A program made the position numbers and the translations under genes. The notes beneath the pieces were generated by a model. It was not told where the DNA came from. It worked only from the letters and a program-made list of their open reading frames with translations, and did no database searches. Below are positions 60,722 to 64,000 of a stretch of DNA of 64,000 nt, in pieces (position 1 is the stretch's first letter; every line of letters starts with the position of its first letter). The stretch is from the human T2T-CHM13v2.0 reference genome, Homo sapiens. The stretch lies in NCBI RefSeq assembly GCF_009914755.1, contig NC_060926.1. The stretch is one strand, 5' to 3'.

Positions 60722-63528
60722 GTAAAGACGGGAGGCAGGCCCGGGAAGGGAAGGTGTCGGGGCCGGTGGGGGACGTGTGAGGGAGTGAGCCTTGGTCCGC
60801 GCACGCCCGGGAAGCCAGAGGCCAGAACGCGCTAGCCCACCTCCAGCCCGAGCACCGGCGGCTGGCGGGAGCCGTGGCAAGAATGCGGCCCGAGGTGGCG
60901 AGCAGCCACTGCGCCAGTGCAGCTCGGGCTCAGCGGGGCCCGGGCCGCGGGTTCGCAGCCCGCCCAGTGGTGCCTGCCGGGTTGGCCGTGCCGGCCGTGC
61001 CAGGTGCGCGGGGCCCAGGCCGCCCGGGCGCCCTCTCCCCGCACCCCTCACCTTTGGCCGCGCTCTCGGGCTTGGGGAGTTGCCATATCGAAGACACCCT
61101 CAGACCCCAGCTCTATCTGCCGCCTTCTGCAAGTTCGCTGCAAAGTCCCCCATAGCAGGACTAGGAAGGAACCTTTTACAAAATTAAATACTCGAGTGTC
61201 GTTTTGTCTTCGGTTTTTCAATTCAACGCTGTGTTTTTCCCTGCTGGGTCTTTGTCAAGTACCTTTTCCCCAAAACTTGATACGGATGTGTAACACGGCG
61301 CCTGCTTAGCACGGTGCCTGGCACACAGTAGGCGCTCAGTAAAGATTTGTTGAACGCATGAGTCACTAAGCTTGGAAAATTCTCCTGAACTGTGCGTCGC
61401 TATGATCTTTGTTAAGATTTTATGGGTTCCCAAGATCACTTTGAAAATTACAGTAATTTTAAAGCTCAACAAAGAGTTACATCGGGTCATTTTTGCATTC
61501 CCTGTAACAGTGGCCTCTGTTGAATGCCTAAATTAACTCAAAACCCGTGTTCTAGAAGATGCGCCCTTTGGTTTCTACAGAAAGTGTTAATCTTTCAGAT
61601 CAAAGTCTTCACATGAACCATTCTATTATGGAACAAACTGAAATTACTTATAAAGCTTTATCGTAATTAGCGTTTTGGATACAAGTGTAAGGGACTGCAC
61701 TGATGTACTTGTGAATACGAAATATAAGTCTCTTAAATATGACTTTTTTTTAAGAAAGGGTTTATATTCATATCTCGTGAAAGAGCATGCCGGAGAAAAT
61801 TATAATAACAGCAAATCCCCCACCCCCACCCCTTTGCTGGGTGCAGCTGCTGCCTTGACCTCAAAATGTCTTGTAAAATTATCTCTTAATAGTCTGGTGT
61901 ATCTAAGGCAAAAATCTCTGAGATTAAACCACCCCATAGGGACAACCCTTTTATTACTAACAATTCTTACCAGATTGTGTCTGTTTCTTCTGAGCTTTTC
62001 TGAAAAAGAGAAAAAAATAGACAACGTAATGGAGTTTCACATTATTAAGACAAAATCAGTAACAACTTGCTGACATTGAGTGAAAAAAGCAGGATACAAA
62101 ATCATGATAACCAGAAAATTTGGTTAATCATGACATCCATAACCCTTCTGCTTGTGGGAAGGTCAGCTACAAGTGGCCAGGGTCTTGTCTGCCCTGATTA
62201 CCAGCGGGTGTCCACAGTGCCTGACCCATGGTAACCACTCATTAAACACTTGTGTAATGATTACTTGGCTGTTAACAGATTAACAGTGTATTGACTATGA
62301 TGTGTAGTTTCTTCATTTACTTGGATATCTCCTTAGAATAGATCACTCCGGGGAATTTTACTGGGTCAAAAAGTATGAATATTTTCATGGTTATTGAAAC
62401 ATTTGACAACCTGCTTTCCAAATAAACCTTATAGTTTTGTACTGCCATCAGTACATTTGAGTGTACCTTTCAAAGCATAGTTCAAGCTGATACAGTGTTT
62501 GCTAATTAGGGGCACTTTGAGATGTAACTCATTTGATTTCATTCACCCTGGAAGGTTGGCAGGGCAGGCATTGCTTTCCTCCTTTTGCAGCACAGCAAAC
62601 TCCAGTGCTTTAAATTGACGGTAATGAATGGTAGGTGGCTAAATGATCACAGCCTTTCAGGTCCGTCTTCCTCCCAATCTCTACCTTTGGTTCATAGTGA
62701 ACATCCTGAATAAATTCACCTCTTTCTTTAGCAATAAAATTGGATATTGCTTTATGGTTTTTATGGTTTACAAAATCTTCCCTTTCTCATCCTGCTCACA
62801 TATTTGTAGATGGGTTCATCAAATTTGGGGAGTTGAAATAATGAAGCACAATTTAGATGAAAGAGATGATGTTGGTTAGATGTAAAGGGATGCTCTGAAC
62901 CCACAAACTTACAAGATTGCCACCCTTTCTATTAGTAAAGGTCTGGAAACCGTGGATGGTGCTTTTGTATCTCCTTGAATTAATTTCCTAGTCTGTTATT
63001 CTGATTCTTTCCCATATTTGCTGGTCAGGGACCCCAAATGATTTAATACGTAATTAATCCAATAAGAAAGGGCTTTGGAAAGTCTCAAAGTTTAGTTATA
63101 ATATGTGGAACCATTGAAAATTCTTGGGGTTTATTGTAAGTGACACTGTTTATATCAAAAGTGGGCCAAAAATTGGTTTTCTACATTGCTTTCAAATTTG
63201 CTCAGCGTTCTTTAAAAAACAAACAAAAAACAGTATAGAAAAGATAGGGAAGGAGAAATGCAAACATATTGAGGCTTTGGAAATATTCAGGACTTCTTTT
63301 TGTTTTCACTCTGCTTCTTGGTTGTGATGTCAGATCACAAATAATGTTCAGTAAAAAATAAATGCTCTTTAAAGATACTTTTCAGGAATGTCTCCTTGTG
63401 TCAAGGAGTAGCTGCCTAAATATTGGGTATCAGGGAATAGCTGCCTAAATATTGGATGGGTTTAAGGCAACTGGTTCTTTAAGGAACTTTTATGTGAATC
63501 TAAATTATTTTGCTTTTGTTTTTTATAG

Positions 63529-63623
63529 TAGGATATATCTGCATCTTGAAAGGAAGATAAAACAAAAGCCTTCTTTGGAATAGATGGATTTTTGTCACTT
63601 TCTGTGTGAACTAAAGTGATTCA
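63529..63623 (+). other. STRADB: STRADB exon 2, 5'UTR portion
   Basis: Polypyrimidine tract followed by ttttatag|TAGGAT acceptor. Confidence 0.8.
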
Positions 63624-63635
63624 ATGTCTCTTTTG
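63624..63635 (+). CDS. STRADB: STRADB first coding nucleotides (MSLL); remainder beyond the window
   Basis: ATG TCT CTT TTG|GTAAGT; matches the STRADB N-terminus (MSLLDCF...) and the known head-to-head arrangement with TRAK2. Confidence 0.82.
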
Positions 63636-64000
63636 GTAAGTTTTTGTAAATATAGATCTGATTTTGTTCTGTCAGAGTAGTTGGATGTTAATGCCAAGCC
63701 ATAATAAAAGGCATATTCTGATGGGATATTCTTATGCTCTGAGATATTGTTTTGACCTGATTGACTTCTGGACTTGAGAAATGAATTACATTCTCATTGA
63801 GTTTTTCTTTCTTTCATAAAGAACTTCTCGTATACTTCAATATGTTCATTATTCTAATCTTTTGTCCCATATCTACTTTTTCTCATAGGTGTTATACTTT
63901 GATATGCCACCCACACCAGTTAGCTATGCCTTATCTTTTAAATCTTTCAGAAATTCCTTTTACAAATTTCCATCTGACCAAAAGCAAGCCAAACAGTATT

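Larger units (their letters stand above)
59890..61100. promoter_or_regulatory. CpG island / bidirectional promoter of TRAK2 (-) and STRADB (+)
   Basis: Abrupt GC- and CpG-rich block in an AT-rich background, with several GC boxes (CCCGCCCC) and divergent first-exon donors at 60132 (-) and 60722 (+). Confidence 0.93.

Noticed and set aside
59893-61309. Multiple overlapping Arg/Pro/Gly/Ala-rich ORFs up to 241 aa
   Set aside because: Stop-codon scarcity is expected in a GC-rich CpG island; they are open on both strands and have no recognisable domain.
61675-62073. 132-aa ORF in STRADB intron 1
   Set aside because: Starts at TTG, has no recognisable homology and no convincing splice context; consistent with chance.

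Overview
Primate, very probably human, genomic DNA that I recognise as the TRAK2/STRADB head-to-head locus (2q33). The minus strand carries TRAK2 exons 1-10. Codons 1-371 splice in frame through GT-AG introns, and the gene continues beyond the left edge. A CpG-island bidirectional promoter at about 59.9-61.1 kb contains an ACTACA-type ZNF143/THAP11 motif, and STRADB exon 1 and its first coding exon (MSLL) follow on the plus strand. TRAK2 intron 2 holds a complete, disabled SCYL2 processed pseudogene. The introns are dense with Alu, L1, L2, MIR, MaLR and DNA-transposon relics, including a Y4 RNA retrocopy and a piggyBac MER85. I found no evidence of a wholly new gene system. The most interesting unexplained structures are: a 63-bp near-perfect inverted repeat in intron 1; an internally deleted L1PA that keeps an open, extended ORF0; tandem TCF/LEF motifs duplicated across the exon 5 donor; uORF-rich leaders on both genes; and a nested L1 5'-end remnant. 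Gene and repeat-family names come from recall of known sequences, not from a database search, and repeat boundaries are approximate.
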